The notes under the pieces were generated by a model. The model had not been told where the DNA came from, searched no databases, and saw only the letters and a program-made list of their open reading frames with translations. Below, piece by piece: positions 1 to 14,200 of a DNA stretch of 64,000 bases. The position numbers and the translations under genes were made by a program. The DNA is from Elsinoe ampelina. Lineage: Eukaryota. Numbering within the stretch: the first letter of the stretch is position 1; each line of letters starts with the position of its first letter. Where the stretch lies: the NCBI GenBank assembly GCA_010093995.1, contig ML992505.1, forward strand, positions 411,433 through 475,432. The letters run 5' to 3'.

Positions 1-1000
1 TAGTAACTACGCTAGGCCCTTACACCTACGTTAGTATAAAGCCTATATCTACTATATAACTCTTATATATCTTAACTTTAACAACAACTACGAAATCTAA
101 GCTAAATATATCTATAATAACTATAGAGGTTCGGTACTTTACTATAAAGCCTACTATACTTATAATACCCCTTATAACTTTCTAGGTGTTTCTAATCTAA
201 TCTTTCTCTATAATCTAACGAATATTAGTATAATATCTTATAGACTAATAATATCTTCGACCTAATTAACATATAGCGCGCTATTAATTGTCTTATTCTT
301 AATAGAAGAGTAGATCTACTCTTACTCTTTACTATACGCTATAATGTTAAATATAAGTAAGAGGAGTTAGATTACGTTAACGACAGTAACAACGGTATTT
401 CTTCTAATAACTAATCTAATTAAGGTAGCGCAGTTAAAGCGTCGGCAGGCTAATAGCTTTAGATAGTTATTAATAATATAGACTTATACTTTATAAAGAC
501 TTAATTACGTTACCTCTTCCCGTAAGTAACTAAAATTAACTATAATAATAGCACATATAAGCTCTTAAAGTAGAAGTGTTTATATTACCTCCGGCTACAC
601 TAGTAGTTATATTACTACTCTAGGTAGCACTATTAGTACTAGCGGTAGAAGTACCTCCCTTGTTATTCTCTTTACTATTAGTATTATTCTAGAAAGTAAC
701 TTAACTATTATCGGGCTTAAACCTAGTAAGGAAGTCGGGAGTATAATAAGGTAGATGTTAGTAATAGCGTAGAGAGTAGCGTTAGTAATAAGTTAGCTAA
801 GGTCGTAGGTGCCGTAGTAGAGGTAGTTATTAAGGTCGATAATAAGGAGAGTAGTATAGAGATTAGTTATAGCTTTAGCCTTTATATTATAGTCGATCTA
901 TATAATTTCCTCGTTAATGTTTTTATAAGCGAATCTAGCATAACTAATATAGATATAAATATAGTTATATTAAAGATACTAGCGAGTAAGGGAACAAGCT
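1..1000 (-). pseudogene. RIP-degraded reading frame of unknown function downstream of the hAT transposase
   Basis: Minus-strand translation gives protein-like text interrupted by RIP-type stops. No family confidently recognised. Confidence 0.3.
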
Positions 1001-1149
1001 TCCTTAGGGCGGCTAACGAAGGGAGACTATTAGTATTAGTAGGTAGGATTATATATAGTAATAGGGAAGATATATACGGAAGTACTTTAGAGTAGATATC
1101 GGTATAGATACTATAAGAGCGTTATTGCTTAGAGGCTATTAACTAGATA

Positions 1150-3720
1150 TGCTTAGAATACTAGCCTCTAACCTTAGCAACGTTATATAGTAGATCTTCG
1201 TCCTTATTATACTCTTCTTCCTCGTTAACCTCTTTATTACTTAAACTATAGGTAGTAATATCTCTAAAGTCGTTACTTATACTATCTATCCTACTATTAG
1301 TATTATTGTCAGCGGTAGTAAAATTGTCCGTCTTAGCCGATTAGATGTTTTAAAGATTATTTTCTACTAGCTTAGAGACTATAATTTATCGAATTGTCTA
1401 CGGAAGTAGTCTATACCTTTAATTACTAATAATATTCTTCGCTACATTAAAAACACATTTAATACCTACGCTAGTAATTAGTATTATAAGAATATTACAA
1501 GTAACATAAGCTAGTTATAGGAATAAGTACTTATTTTCTTTCTACTAAGAAAGAATATTAAATTCTAATATTTCCTATATAGGTAAAGTTCTAAAGTAAT
1601 TCTCCTCTTCTATCCTTATTATATAGATATTACTCTACCCTTACGAAAGTATATTATCTTAGCTAGATACTAGAGGTGTAAAGCTACTCTCTATATTCGA
1701 TAAGGAAGGCTTCTTAAACTAGTAAGTAATAGACAAGGCTAGTAGAGGAGGTAGAAGAGTAGTTTAAGAAGGGTAGTTATTATTATAGCAATCGAGGTAG
1801 TTAAGGAACTATTTATAGTAAAGTAATTTAAAATATAGTTCCTACGAAGTATACTTATATATACTAAGTTTCTAAGTTAGATCTAAGATTATACTATAAT
1901 TAAACAGGAAACCTTAACCTTTACTCGTTTACTTATAATACTTAGAAAGCTTAGTATAACTAGCTTTCGCTATATTTTGTATAACTAATAGCTAGTCTAA
2001 GTTATTGTCCTCTTCCTAAGTAGACTTAACTATATTAAGGAAGTCGAAAAGAGTATTATATATAAGCTATATATATTATACTAATAGCGTATAAGACTAA
2101 CTTAGCTAGTTAGTTATATCCTTAAAATTCTCTAGTATTTAGATAACAATCTTTAGATATGCCTATTCGGCGTAGCTAAGGTAAAGGCGTTTTATATCTA
2201 CGTAATTAATAGATGCTATATCTTAATTAGCTAGCGCTTTGTTAGTTTAGAGCTTATATGTAATTATAATCTCCGCGTTAAGCTATTTATTAATAATTAG
2301 TTAAAGTTTAATAGCTTGCTTATATATATTATATATTAAGTTCTAATAGGTATAAATGTCCTAAACGACTAAGAGTTATTTACAAGGAGGTAGATATACT
2401 TAAAGGGATTTAAAGTATTAGTAGCGTTAAGGGGATTAGTTAATTATAATACAAATTATATAGAGCTTTAAAATTAGTTAAAAAACTATAAGAAAGAATT
2501 ATAAGAAATATAACTTACTTTATAGAGGGAATTTAGAACTAATAGAGTTATTTAGATATTATAGAGATACTACTTCTCGAGCTTATTAGCTTTCTTATTG
2601 TCCTTAGTAGTTTCTAGCTATAGAGCTTAAATAATATCTTATATAATAAGATTAATTATGTAGGCTAGATATAGAATTATATTCTTAATAGAGAACTAGT
2701 ATATACTTTTCTTCTTAAGACCTTATTGTACTTTAGATCGTAGAGTGTTATTATTGCTTATATTATCTACTATAATAGTAAGAAGGCATATATTAATCTT
2801 TTTTTCATTTAGAACCCTTAGTAGTTCTATGCTAAGCGTAACTCTAGTATACTATCTACTAATTAGTATAAAATCTAGTAGGCACTTACGTACTTACTAG
2901 TTATTGTTAATATAGTATACCTTTATAGCTACAAAACTTAGATAGTTATTCGTAGACTAGCTATCTAGCACAATTAAAACTTTTGTCTAACTACCGAGAT
3001 TAGTAAGAAGATTAGACTAAATGTCCTTATAGTGCTCTTTTAATAGCTCTAAGGCTCGCGTTCGACTTAGAACATTAGTATATAGCTAGAGGAAATATAT
3101 AAATTAGAGAAAGAAGGAATTATTAACTATTTAGAATAACTAATTATAATTAATAAGGACCTTAATAAGCTCTTTTTTAAATTGTTCTAGGGAGAATTAT
3201 AGTATACGAGATATAGTGCTAGTAGCGTTCGCTTTTAATTGTGTTAGAGCTATCTAAGCTACTAATCGTTTATAGCTAGGAGATTTTGTATTCTAGTAGC
3301 TTTAGCGTCCGAGATGTTTTATTAGGTGTTTATTACTAATTAAGTTCGTTATTAAGTGTTATAAAGCTCTACTATAGTAGAGACAATATATAAGAGGTGT
3401 TCTATTAGCAAGTTTAGCACCTTTATTAAAGTTAGCCTAAATAACTCTACGGCGAGTTATAGAATTCTAGTTTAGTAGGTTTTGTGTTCCGCTAACCCTT
3501 AATTCGCTACCTATTAATGTTATAGGCTACTATATTTTCTAGGCTTATATAGCTAGCTATTCTTCGAGTAGTATATCTAGTTAGTAGAGTAGACAGCTAA
3601 CAATTTTAATAGTTTTATAGAATCGAGTAGAGGATAGATTATTCTAGTAATTAACACGGAACTCTTTAAGCTTATAGAGGAGAGGTAGTAGTAGCGTAAT
3701 AACTTCTAAGAGCATCTATA
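1150..3720 (-). pseudogene. hAT transposase (RIP-inactivated)
   Basis: De-RIP translation shows a zinc-finger-like CLHC..LQHP...GTKHL..HL (about 3320-3400) and KVSIALDGWS..HLSFVAIK.YYINDNWQ (about 2870-2985). It also shows IPCLAHIINLVVQD (about 2635-2680), DVxTRWNSTYDM (about 2325-2362) and the C-terminal dimerisation domain ILSWWKEN..LFPQLARVARDILAIP.TSVGVERVF (about 1440-1560). Confidence 0.92.
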
Positions 3721-3784
3721 GTTAAGGATCGACTAAGTCTTTATTAAACACTAATATTTTAAGAGTAGAGATATAGAATATTAC

Positions 3785-4247
3785 TATTACGAACTGTCTA
3801 AACATAGTCTACGCTAGTAGTCTAAGCTAAGCTAAGAACGAGGTAGTTCTACTTCTATAGTAGTATAGTACTAAGGTAAGAGTCGGAGAAGGTATGTCTT
3901 ATAGATAATAAAGTACAATTAGATAGTATTATAAAGGCTAGCCTTAGTAATACTAGTGTTCGCTATCTAGACAAGGTTAACTATAGTACTTACATAAGGT
4001 AAAGACTATTCCTATATATATATATTCTTCACTATATACTCTATATACTCTATATACTCTATAGCGAGAGTTAGGAGTAACATAGAGTACACGTCTACTA
4101 GTAACCTATACGCTCTATAGTTTTAGAGGTAGAGCCGCTAGAGAAGATAGAGAACTAGGTAAATGTCGGGCTAGGTCACGTAATAACCTTAGTAGTTTAA
4201 TTAGTCCTAACGTCCCTACGCTCTAGCTATTCTACTAGTTTATAATA
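3785..4247 (-). repeat. Gypsy 3' LTR (463 bp)
   Basis: Near-identical to 15664-16117 apart from transitions and one extra CTATATACT unit. Confidence 0.95.
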
Positions 4248-5959
4248 TTACTCTCCTCCTTTAATCGAGTTGTCCTAATAAGTAAGTATCCTTTCTTATC
4301 TTTATACGCTATATACTAAATATGCCTCCTAGTTATTAAAGGTATAGTAAATCTAGTACCTCTATATAAAAGAATTTCTCGGAGTTTATTAAGCTATTCG
4401 GAACTAATATACTATAGACTTATTCTCGTTACAAATCGAAGAGGCTAGACTATAAGGTCTATATTCGGTTAGGTATCTATAGCTAGTATGTCGCAAGTAA
4501 CTACTTAGGTTATAATATTTAAGTAATAAAATCGGAATAGTAGTGTCTCTAGTCTAAGTATATTCGTTTACGAAAGGAATTAGTTATAGCTAAGGCTACT
4601 AGAAGAAGAGCTAAAGAAGCTTATAAAAAGGCAAAAGAGGCTTATTAAAGAGCTATAGGTAATAAGCTTTACCTATGTAAAGAGATATAAAAGTTAGAGG
4701 ATAAGGTAGAGAAAGTAATCTCTTTAAAGGAGACTTGTATTTAAATCCTAGAGTAGAAGGAAATGCTATTGTCGGTAGATCCTATCCTACTATAGGACTA
4801 GTAATTATTTATGTCTAACTCTAACTAGAGTTCTCTATTTAGTAACGATTAAGGTGCTTTTATTAGCTAAGTAATCTTCCTTAGACATTCTCGTTTTTGT
4901 TTAGTATTAGAAGTACTAGGTCTGTCTAGTTAGTTTGCTTAGGATAGGTTCTCGATCTAGTAATCTAGAATTACTTATAAGGTAAGGTACTTCTCTAGTT
5001 CCTATATTACTTCGCTATACTAATGTCCCTTCTAGTAAATAAGATAGTAGCGTTTTTCTTTTATAAGTTTATAATATAAAATCCTTTCGATCTTATACTA
5101 TAGCTTCTATGTTTCTTTATCTAGTTTAATAGGTCTAGGTATAGCGTTCTATAGTGCTCTCTCTAGTAGTAATATATAGAAGACTAGATAGATCCTTATA
5201 TGTCTTAGTAGTTCTAGTTTATATACGTTCTTGTTTTTCTTTTCTAGGATTTTAAAAGGTCCTAGTTTAGTGTAGTTAAGTTTCTTACTTAGTCTTTTAG
5301 TCTTAATGTTCTTACTAAGGAGATAAACCTTCTCTCTCTCCTTTAGAATTAGTCCTATAATTCTCTTCTAGTTAGTAAACTCTACTATTCTTTATAATAT
5401 AAATACTATATCGTAGTATAGCTAGTTATATAGTTTCTTAATGTTAGCTACTAGTATATTAGCATCCTTAGATATTAGCTTAATTCCGAGTATATCGTAG
5501 TATAGATCTAGGTATATTCTATAGTTTACGTAAAATAGTAAAATTCTATTTACTGACTTTCTATTATTAATAGCGAGCTCTATAAGTAGTAATAGCGTTA
5601 CCTATAAGTCTTACTTATAGTTTAGGTAGCACCGTAGGTACTACTCTAGTACTTAATTTGCCTATTTAGTTTATTTGTCTATTTATAGATAAAAGAAGGT
5701 TAATAGCTTATGTTTAACTCCTAGTAGGTCTATAAATAATTACTAGAATTGTAACGTAAATAGCTTATTCCTATTAGTTATTAGGTCTCTTAGTACTCTA
5801 TGTTATAAAATAATTATTCGAAGGAAGGTAAAGACTATATCCTCGGTAATTACTATTGTCTTATATAGTATAAAGTAGTAATACTTCGTAAACCTATCTA
5901 CTAGAACTAGAATGCTATTATACTTTATACCTATAAGAGGTTCTTCTAATAGTAGTAGA

Positions 5960-6162
5960 TGTTAAGAATATAGCTCTCTCTAGATAGTTAGGCCAGGAAG
6001 TCACATGACCTGTAGTTATATAATGCTAAGGCCTAGAGATTCATAAGCTATTCTTTCTTCTAGTAGATAGACTCCTTAATCAATTAACTCGTCTATTACC
6101 TAACTAGTGTGCGGATTAGTTCTATATAATACTCTACCTCTAAACGTGCCTTCCGCTTAATA
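5960..6162 (+). repeat. Copia 5' LTR
   Basis: Direct repeat of 11073-11275 with TGTT...AATA ends (de-RIP AACA). Confidence 0.95.
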
Positions 6163-6174
6163 GGTTATAAGCCC
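6163..6174 (+). promoter_or_regulatory. Copia primer-binding site
   Basis: GGTTATAAGCCC (de-RIP GGTTATGAGCCC) abuts the 5' LTR and is the motif typical of fungal Copia PBSs. Confidence 0.75.
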
Positions 6175-6299
6175 GGAGCTTATAGCACTAGTATAGGATT
6201 GTATGTAAAGCAGTTAAGCATCTACTTTATTAAAATTAGGCCGGATTCCCTGGTATACTCCTCCGTATCCCCTTTATTATCCAATTCTAGACAGATTAG

Positions 6300-9200
6300 T
6301 AGAGGCGGTATAAAGCGTAAAAGACTAGTTGCTTAGTGCATTAAGTAAGGACTCCCTAACGTAGTCTAGCACAGGTTTTAATCCTGTAAACGCACAACAG
6401 CTGCTGTTTATTAGCTGTTATTAACTAACTAAATAACACCTCCGACAAAACCTTTTCTCTCTAAGGCTAAGCTAGCCTTATTAACAAAACAACAATCTTA
6501 AAGGTCATTTATTAAAAGGAACCTAACCTTTATCTATTTATTTAAATTTTCTTCTCTCTTGGAACTTATCCTTAACTATAGAGGACAATAACACCTAATT
6601 AAGGCAGCTAGTACTAACACTCTTAAAGGACAACTATAAGAAGTAGTTCTAATAGATAGAGCTCTAGCTAGCATCTAAGAAGGTGTTATAGACCCTTAAT
6701 TCCCTTACTAAACCACTAGTAATGACTCTAGGGTTATTATTAGCTTCTTTATTTAACTCCTAGCACTCTCCTTAGTCAGTAGAGAAGAACAGTGCTGCCC
6801 TTTACTAGATCTATAGATATATCTTAGAAAGAGATTAAGAGATGATTTAGGAATAGTAGTAGGCTAAACTAGCTTAGGAGAAGCTAAAGAGCAAGTACAT
6901 AAAGTAGACAGGTATATAGGTAAGACAATTATAGAGAGAGTTTATTACATACACTATAAGTAATAAGACAACTATCTTAGAAGCCTAGTTACACCTAACT
7001 ATGTTAGGAAGGAGGATTAATAGATCTTTACAAGTTAAGTAATACTCTACACTAACAACAAGAATCCAAACTCTACTTGCTACTCTTCTAGCTTTATAGT
7101 TATCTACAAGGGATGCCCTAGATGCTTAGCTACACCTTAGTATAGATAAGATCTATAATATCCTTAAGGAAAAGGAAGCCTAGAAGGGAGAAGGGGAATC
7201 TACTATGTTTATAAGAGGTAGACTACAAGGAACTAGTAGGAGCTTAAGCTATATATATATCTTATGTAAGGTATCTAGACATATAGTAATTAGATACCCC
7301 TAACTTTAACAAGCTAAGAAGCATGTCTAGCCTTCCTATAGAGTTACTAAAAGAGCTAGTTCTATAAGGAGATAGTCACCTAAACGCTAGGAGCTGCTTA
7401 AACTTATAAGACAGCTCACTAAGAGGATAGATTCTCTAGAAGTAGCTAAGTTAAAGAGGAAAGGCAAAGCCTATCTAGCTACTAAAGGAGGATTACTATT
7501 AACATCTCTATCTCTACTACTAGAGGTTCTTTCTAGAGGTAAAGAGCTTAAGACTATAGGTTCTACATTAGAGGTTTAAGGTAAGCTTCTACACTATTAG
7601 TAGATACTTGACTCTAGAGCGTCTAACTATATAATAGACAGGCTAACTCTCTTTAGAGGCCTATTAAGCAAGATACGCACTCGATAGATCCAGGTTAGGG
7701 AGGGTTACCTTTAGTTATAGTCAATAGGAACCGCTGTTATTAAGACTAAGAAGAGAGATAAGATAAAGATATAGGCTCTTTATATACCTAATCTTAGTAT
7801 TAATTTAGTCTCCTATTGCAAGCTATATATAGATTTAGGAGTTTCTAGAGTTCTTAATTTAAATTCTTTTCTTGTCCTTAATTTATAGAAGTAGCTACTA
7901 CTTAAAGCTAGAATTCGAGGGGGGGTATATATTATCTAATCCCTCTTTAAGTAGTAAGCTAATTAAAAGCCGCATTCTAGATCTAAGCCCGGCTTAATTC
8001 TAGATCTAGCTAATTAGGACATAGCATTCCTTACTACTTAGCTAGTAATTACATTACACACTAAGTACGCACATCTAACCTAGGATAAGCAACATAAGGA
8101 TCTTATTGATTTAAGATCTAATAACTCTAAGATAGAGTACTAACTCTAGCATAGGAGATTTGCTTACCTTGGAATTAAGAAGCTAAGGGATCTTTATAAG
8201 GTTATAACCCTTAAGAAGCCTATTAACTTAAACTATAATCTATCGATCCTATATAAGGTCTGTTCCCTTACTAAAATAAGGAACAGAAGAGGTAAAACCT
8301 TATAGAGAAGACTAGAGGTTCTTTAGCTTATCTATGCTAACATCTGTAGCCTAATTAAAGCAAGCAGGGAAGGGTTTAGATACTTCCTTAAGCTTATAGA
8401 CAGCTATTTAAGGATAATATAGATTATGCCACTTAAGACAAGAGATAAAGCCCTATAAAGGCTCATTAAGTAGAAGCTAAGGGTTAAGAAGGAGAGTGAT
8501 ACGAAGGTTAAGGTCACTAGGTTAGACAATGCTAGTAAGCTTAATAAGATCCTAAAGTAGTAGGAGCGCTAAGAAGGTATCTATTACACAACTACTAAGC
8601 TATATAATTTAATCTAGAATAGACTAGTAGAGAAAGGCATCTAAACCTCAGAGAATAGTATAAGAGCAATGCTTAAGGACTTAAAGATGCTAAATAAGTT
8701 CTAGCCTAAAGTAGTTTAAGTAGATACATATCTAAGGAATAAGACAGTAACTAGACCTAAGATTAATAGTAAACAAGCTACACTAATTAAAGCCTATATA
8801 GGCATTAAGCTATTAGTTAATTATATTAGAGTCTAGGGCTATAAGGTATATACCTATATAAACCTAAAGTCTCTTCCTATATATAGAAGAAAAGACAAGC
8901 TTATAGACAGAGGGAGAGTAGGAGTATTCCTTAGCTATATAGATAGAACTAACAGGATGTACAAGATATAGGCACCTAATAGGAAGTTAGTAATTGTATT
9001 ACTAAATATTAAGTTCTCTAAATTTGAGAAAGGTAGTAATGTTAATCTTAGTATTAAGATTAACACTACAAGCAATTAGGCACCTATTAGGAGACTAGTT
9101 AGGAGACTAACCTAGATTCGAGCCCTGCTTAATTCTAGGATAGACTAATTAAACTAGCCTATTTAGTAAGAAGCGCCTATAGGGAGAATCTTCTTATATA

Positions 9201-11040
9201 TTAAGATCCTAAGGGTTAACCCTGTTAACCTTATAGATTTCCATCGTAGAGAAGAGCTAATAGTACAATCTAGACTATCTAATTAAGCAGGCTAATCACT
9301 TAAGAGATTAAGAGATAAAGGGTCTAATAATAAAGAGCCTAAGGCTAAGCATTATAGAGCGTTTATTGCTAAGTGTATTAACTAGCAAGATGAAGATAAT
9401 AAGATTGCTATAACAGCCTCTATTAAGTAATATGTTCTAATCCTAAGGGACTATTATAAGGCTGTTACTAATCTAATATAGGGAAGCAAGTAGTAGGAAG
9501 TAATTAATACTAAGCTAAATACTCTAGGATTAAATAACACATAGGAAGAGGTTGTTCCCCTAAAGGGATCTAACTTAGTAACATCTAAGTAGGTCTTTAA
9601 TGTCAAGTACAATATAGATAGCTCCATTAAGAAGTTTAAAGCTAGACTTGTTACTAGAGGCTTCTTATAGAAGTATAGTATTAACTATAAAGACACATTT
9701 GCACTAATAGTTAGAGTAGATACACTAAGATTGTTCTTTGCTATCGTATGTATACTTGACCTTAAGTGTCACTAGGTGGATGTTAATAATACCTTTATAG
9801 AATTATTCCTTAGGGAGGTTATTTACATAAGGCTACTACCTAGACTTAAGGTCTAACCTAGTATTGCCTTCCGGATTCTTAGGAGCTTATATAGACTTAA
9901 GTAAGCTACTAGAGATTAGAATTAGCACTATATCTCTAAGCTCTTAAAGCTAGGCTTTACTTAGAGCGAAGTAGACCCCTGTCTTCTTATGCACTATAAC
10001 AAGAAGATTATTCTCTTAGTTTATGTTAATAATATACCATTTATAGTATAAAGCAAAGAGAACATCTAGTAGTTTAAGCAAGAGCTTAGTAGAACCTTCA
10101 AGATTAAGAATCTTAGTAAGGTTAGTAAAGTTCTTAGTGTTAAGGTTATAAGGGATAGATAACAAGGAACCTTAAGGCTTAACTAAACCTACTATATAGA
10201 TGATATACTATAGAGGCTTAACATGACCTCTAACAAGGCTACTCTAATAAAGTAGCTAATGGACAATAAGCTCCCTTAGAGAGCTTAGACTAAAGATATA
10301 AGGTTTAGTAGAACTAAGTACTTATATGCTATTAGAAGCTAGATGTACCTTAGTACCCTAACAAGGCTAGATACTGCCTTTGCCTTAGGAAGGCTTAGTT
10401 AATTCATAGCAGATCTAATAGACAGCTATACTATCAAGATAAAAAGGATGTTAAGATATATTAGATCAACTAGAGATCTAGGCATTATATTTAGAAGGAA
10501 TAGCAACAAGACTCTTAAGGGATATTCTAATTTAGATTATGCCTTAGATAAGACAGACAGAGTCTCTATTCTTAGATATGTCTTTATACTTGTAGGTAGT
10601 CCTATTAGCTAGATAAGTAGGAAGTAGAAGTCTGTTTTAACCTCTACTATAGAGGCTAAATATATAGTAATATACTCTTATGTAAAGAGATTATAGTTCC
10701 TATCTCAGTTACTAAGAGATATAGGCTGTTATAAGATAGTTAGTTAGTCACCTTAGAAACCAACTATAAAGGAGTCTTAGAAAGTAATAATAAGATTACC
10801 TTTCACTACTAAGATTAATAGTAATAATTAAGTAGCTCTTTCACTTGTGAAGGAGCTATATACTTATAAAAGGGCAAAGTACATTAATGTTGCTTACTAC
10901 TACGTTAGGAGGCTATAGAGGGACTAGAGGATATAGGTTAAGTTTGTAAGGACAGTAGACATAGTTGCTAATAGATTAACTAAGCCGTTATAAGGTTAGA
11001 ACTTTATAAGATTTGTAAAGTAACTTAGCTTATCATTAAT
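6300..11040 (+). pseudogene. Copia gag-pol polyprotein relic
   Basis: De-RIP LWHRRFAHLG (about 8144-8173), KFKARLVARGFSQ..GIDY.DTFAP (about 9630-9708), LVYVDD (about 10016-10035), GYSDSDYA (about 10520-10545) and KHIDVAYHYVR (about 10877-10910). Confidence 0.94.
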
Positions 11041-11072
11041 CTAATAGCTTACCTATAGGAGCTAAGTAGAAG

Positions 11073-11275
11073 TGTTAAGAATATAGCTCTCTCTAGATAG
11101 TTAGGCTAGGAAGTTACATAACCTGTAGTTATATAATACTAAGGCCTAGGGATTCATAAGCTGTTCTTTCTTCTAGTAGATAGACTTCTTAATTAATCAA
11201 CTCGTCTATCACCTAACTAGTGTGCGGATTAGTTCTATATAATACTCTACCCCTAAACGTGCCTTCCGCTTAATA
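11073..11275 (+). repeat. Copia 3' LTR
   Basis: Direct repeat of 5960-6162, followed by TSD GTAGA. Confidence 0.95.
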
Positions 11276-14200
11276 GTAGAGGTCCTATAAAGTCTATCGT
11301 AACTAATTACTATAGTTTGTCTAGTAGTAGTAAGAGTTATAATAGGCTATATAGCTTATGTTATAAGTGCTTAGACTTATAGTATATATTACATGTAGTA
11401 ATATATATCTTAATATTGTTTCGGAGTTCTTTCTATAGGTAGTTTTATATAATAAGTTTAATAGTCTTATCGATCCTACTATGTCCCGCTATTAGGTTAT
11501 TATAGTATATTTAAATAACTTCTTTCTTCTGTTCTTATATAAGCTCCTAGGTAAGGCTATATAACTACTCTACCTTCGGGTACTTATAGACTAAAGCGCT
11601 ATCTTGCTACTTTAGTATAGAGGCCTCTATTATTGTTATATTCTTTAAGTAGTCTAGTTATCGGCTAAGAGCGTCTACTCTACTATTCTCTAATCTCTTA
11701 ACATAGTAGATCTAAAAGTTATAGCTTATAAGTGTTTCTAACTATCGAACCTATTATCTATTAAGAACCTTAGTTATTGTCTAATATAATAGGTTCTTAT
11801 AGTTAGTATAGACTTACATAGGTAAGGTTATTTCTTCTAGGTATACTTTCTACTTACGGAATACTTCTATAATTATAAGTAACTCCTTGTTATATATATC
11901 GTAGTTAAGTTTAGGTCTAGTTATTTTTCGTAAGTAATATATAATTAGGTAGCATTATTCTTCTATATCCTTCTACGCTAGATACGCTTCTATTATAAAG
12001 TCTAAGGCATCTATTTCTAGTAGTGCCTATCGGTCTAGGTCGAAGAGTACTAGGATAGGTACTATTATAAGTCTAAACTTTAGCTCCTTAAAGGCCTACC
12101 TATATTTTTCGTTAAAGACAAAGCTAGTTTCCTTTTTCGTAAGGTTAGATATTAGCGTAGCTACTCTAGAGAACTCCTTAACAAACTTATAGTAGTAGTT
12201 AAAGAACTCTAGTAGCGCTTAAACCTCCTTAACTATTATAGGTTCCGGCTAGTTATTTACTAACTTAATCTTCTTTAGATTAGGTCTAATACTATTAGTA
12301 GATATAATATAGTCTAGAAATTGTATCTTATACTTATAGAACTTATACTTAGAGAGTTTTACTAGTAGGTCTTTCTCTTTTAGTTTCTATAGTACTTTAC
12401 AAATATGTCCTATATATTTATTATACATCTTTAAGAAGATAATAATATTATCTAAATATGCTAAGACAAAGTTGTCGAGGTATTCTTATAGAGTGTTATT
12501 AATTAACTCTTAGAAGGTTACGGGAGTGTTAGTTAACCTAAAGAGTATAACGAGGTACTTATATAGACTCTATCGTGTCCTAAAAGCCGTTTTCTACTCC
12601 TTACTCTCCTTTATTTATACTTAATAATAGGCATCCCTAATATTAATTATAGTAAACTATTTAGCTCTAAGAAGTTAGTCTTAAAGTTTGTTAATCCTTA
12701 GTAGGGGATAGTAATTCTTCCTAGTAAGTGCATTAAGTTTCTAGTAATTAATATATATTTATAATGTCCTATCCTTTTTTAGTGTAAAAAGTACTCCGTA
12801 CGTAATAGGTAATTTTAATAGTTGTATAAATCCTTTAAGTAAGTACTTATCGATATAGTTCTTAAGAACATTCTTCTCTTATTTCGATAGTAGTATAAGA
12901 CCTTAATAGTATGTTAGGGATTTACCTTCTTTAAAAGGTATTTCGTAATTCTATAGTTTATATTAGAGTAAGGCTATAATACCTTCTCTTTCTTTAAACA
13001 AATCCTCGAAGTCTTTATATTCTAGCGGAAGTACTTAGTTACTTACGCTAGTAATAGCTCTAACTATTAGTCGTACCTATACTATTCTTATAGTTAGTAT
13101 CTATAGAGCCGATTATACTTTCTACTTTCTATAATTATACTTAGGGAATTCGAGTGTTCCTTTAATCTAGTCTACGTCTAGATTATGTTATTAAAGCTAG
13201 TCTATACTAAGTACTATATTATACTACATGTCTACTATATCAATTAATCGTTTTTCTATATATGTTCTAATTTTAATTATAACGTTTCGTAATTCCTAAG
13301 TTACTTTCCTATTCTTTCCTATAGAGGTTCTATCTACTATAGTAAGTAGGTAAGGTAACTCCTTCTAATGTTAATAAGGTTTAAGCTAATTAGTAACTGT
13401 TATAGAGACGTAGCTATAGTTAGCTCCTAAATCTATTATTACTCTTACCTTATTTCCTTATATTCTAACTTCTAGTATAAAGTAATTTAACATATAGATC
13501 TTTATTATATTAAGGCTTTAGCTAGTGTTATTATCTTACCTCCTTAGGCGACAACTAGCTAGTTTTTTATCATTGTAGCTCCTTAGATAAATAGCTAATT
13601 CCTTTCTATACGTATCTACTATTAGTACTATATCTATTAGGTAAGTTATATCTTGTTGTTATTTAATATAATAAGGTAAACTTCTAGCGCCTAAGTTCCT
13701 TAGTAACTATAAAGTCTAATAATTCTCTACTAATTACACTAAGTAGTAGTATATACCCGTATAGGTATAACTACTCCCTCTAGGTATAGCTAGGTATTTA
13801 TGTTAAAGATAAATACAAGTTAAGTAGATTTATATTATTGTGTTCTATTCTAGTAGTAGGTGTATATTATTATATAGTTTCTCTATATCTCTATAAGGTA
13901 TACCTTAAGTCGTCTACCTAGTAGTAGTATATTATTATTGTTATTGTCGGATAAGTCTTTATCTATATTATTATATTATAGTCTTTTAGTGTATTCTTCG
14001 TTGTATTTCTCTTCGTCGCTACTACTCCCGGTATAGTTATAGTTAGTAAGGCTATACTAAGTACATTCTCGTACTTAGCTATAGGGAATAGTACTACCTA
14101 TTTTAATTACTAAGAAGTCCGTAGTATATTTAAGACTAATAGCCTCTTCTCTAAGTATATTGTGTAAGTAGATAGTATAGTACTATTTATAATCTAGATT

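Larger units (their letters stand above)
5960..11275 (+). mobile_element. Ty1/Copia LTR retrotransposon, full length, RIP-inactivated, nested in the Gypsy integrase
   Basis: 203-bp LTRs at 5960-6162 and 11073-11275. TSD GTAGA at 5955-5959 and 11276-11280. PBS-like GGTTATAAGCCC immediately after the 5' LTR. Domain order is IN-RT-RH. Confidence 0.97.
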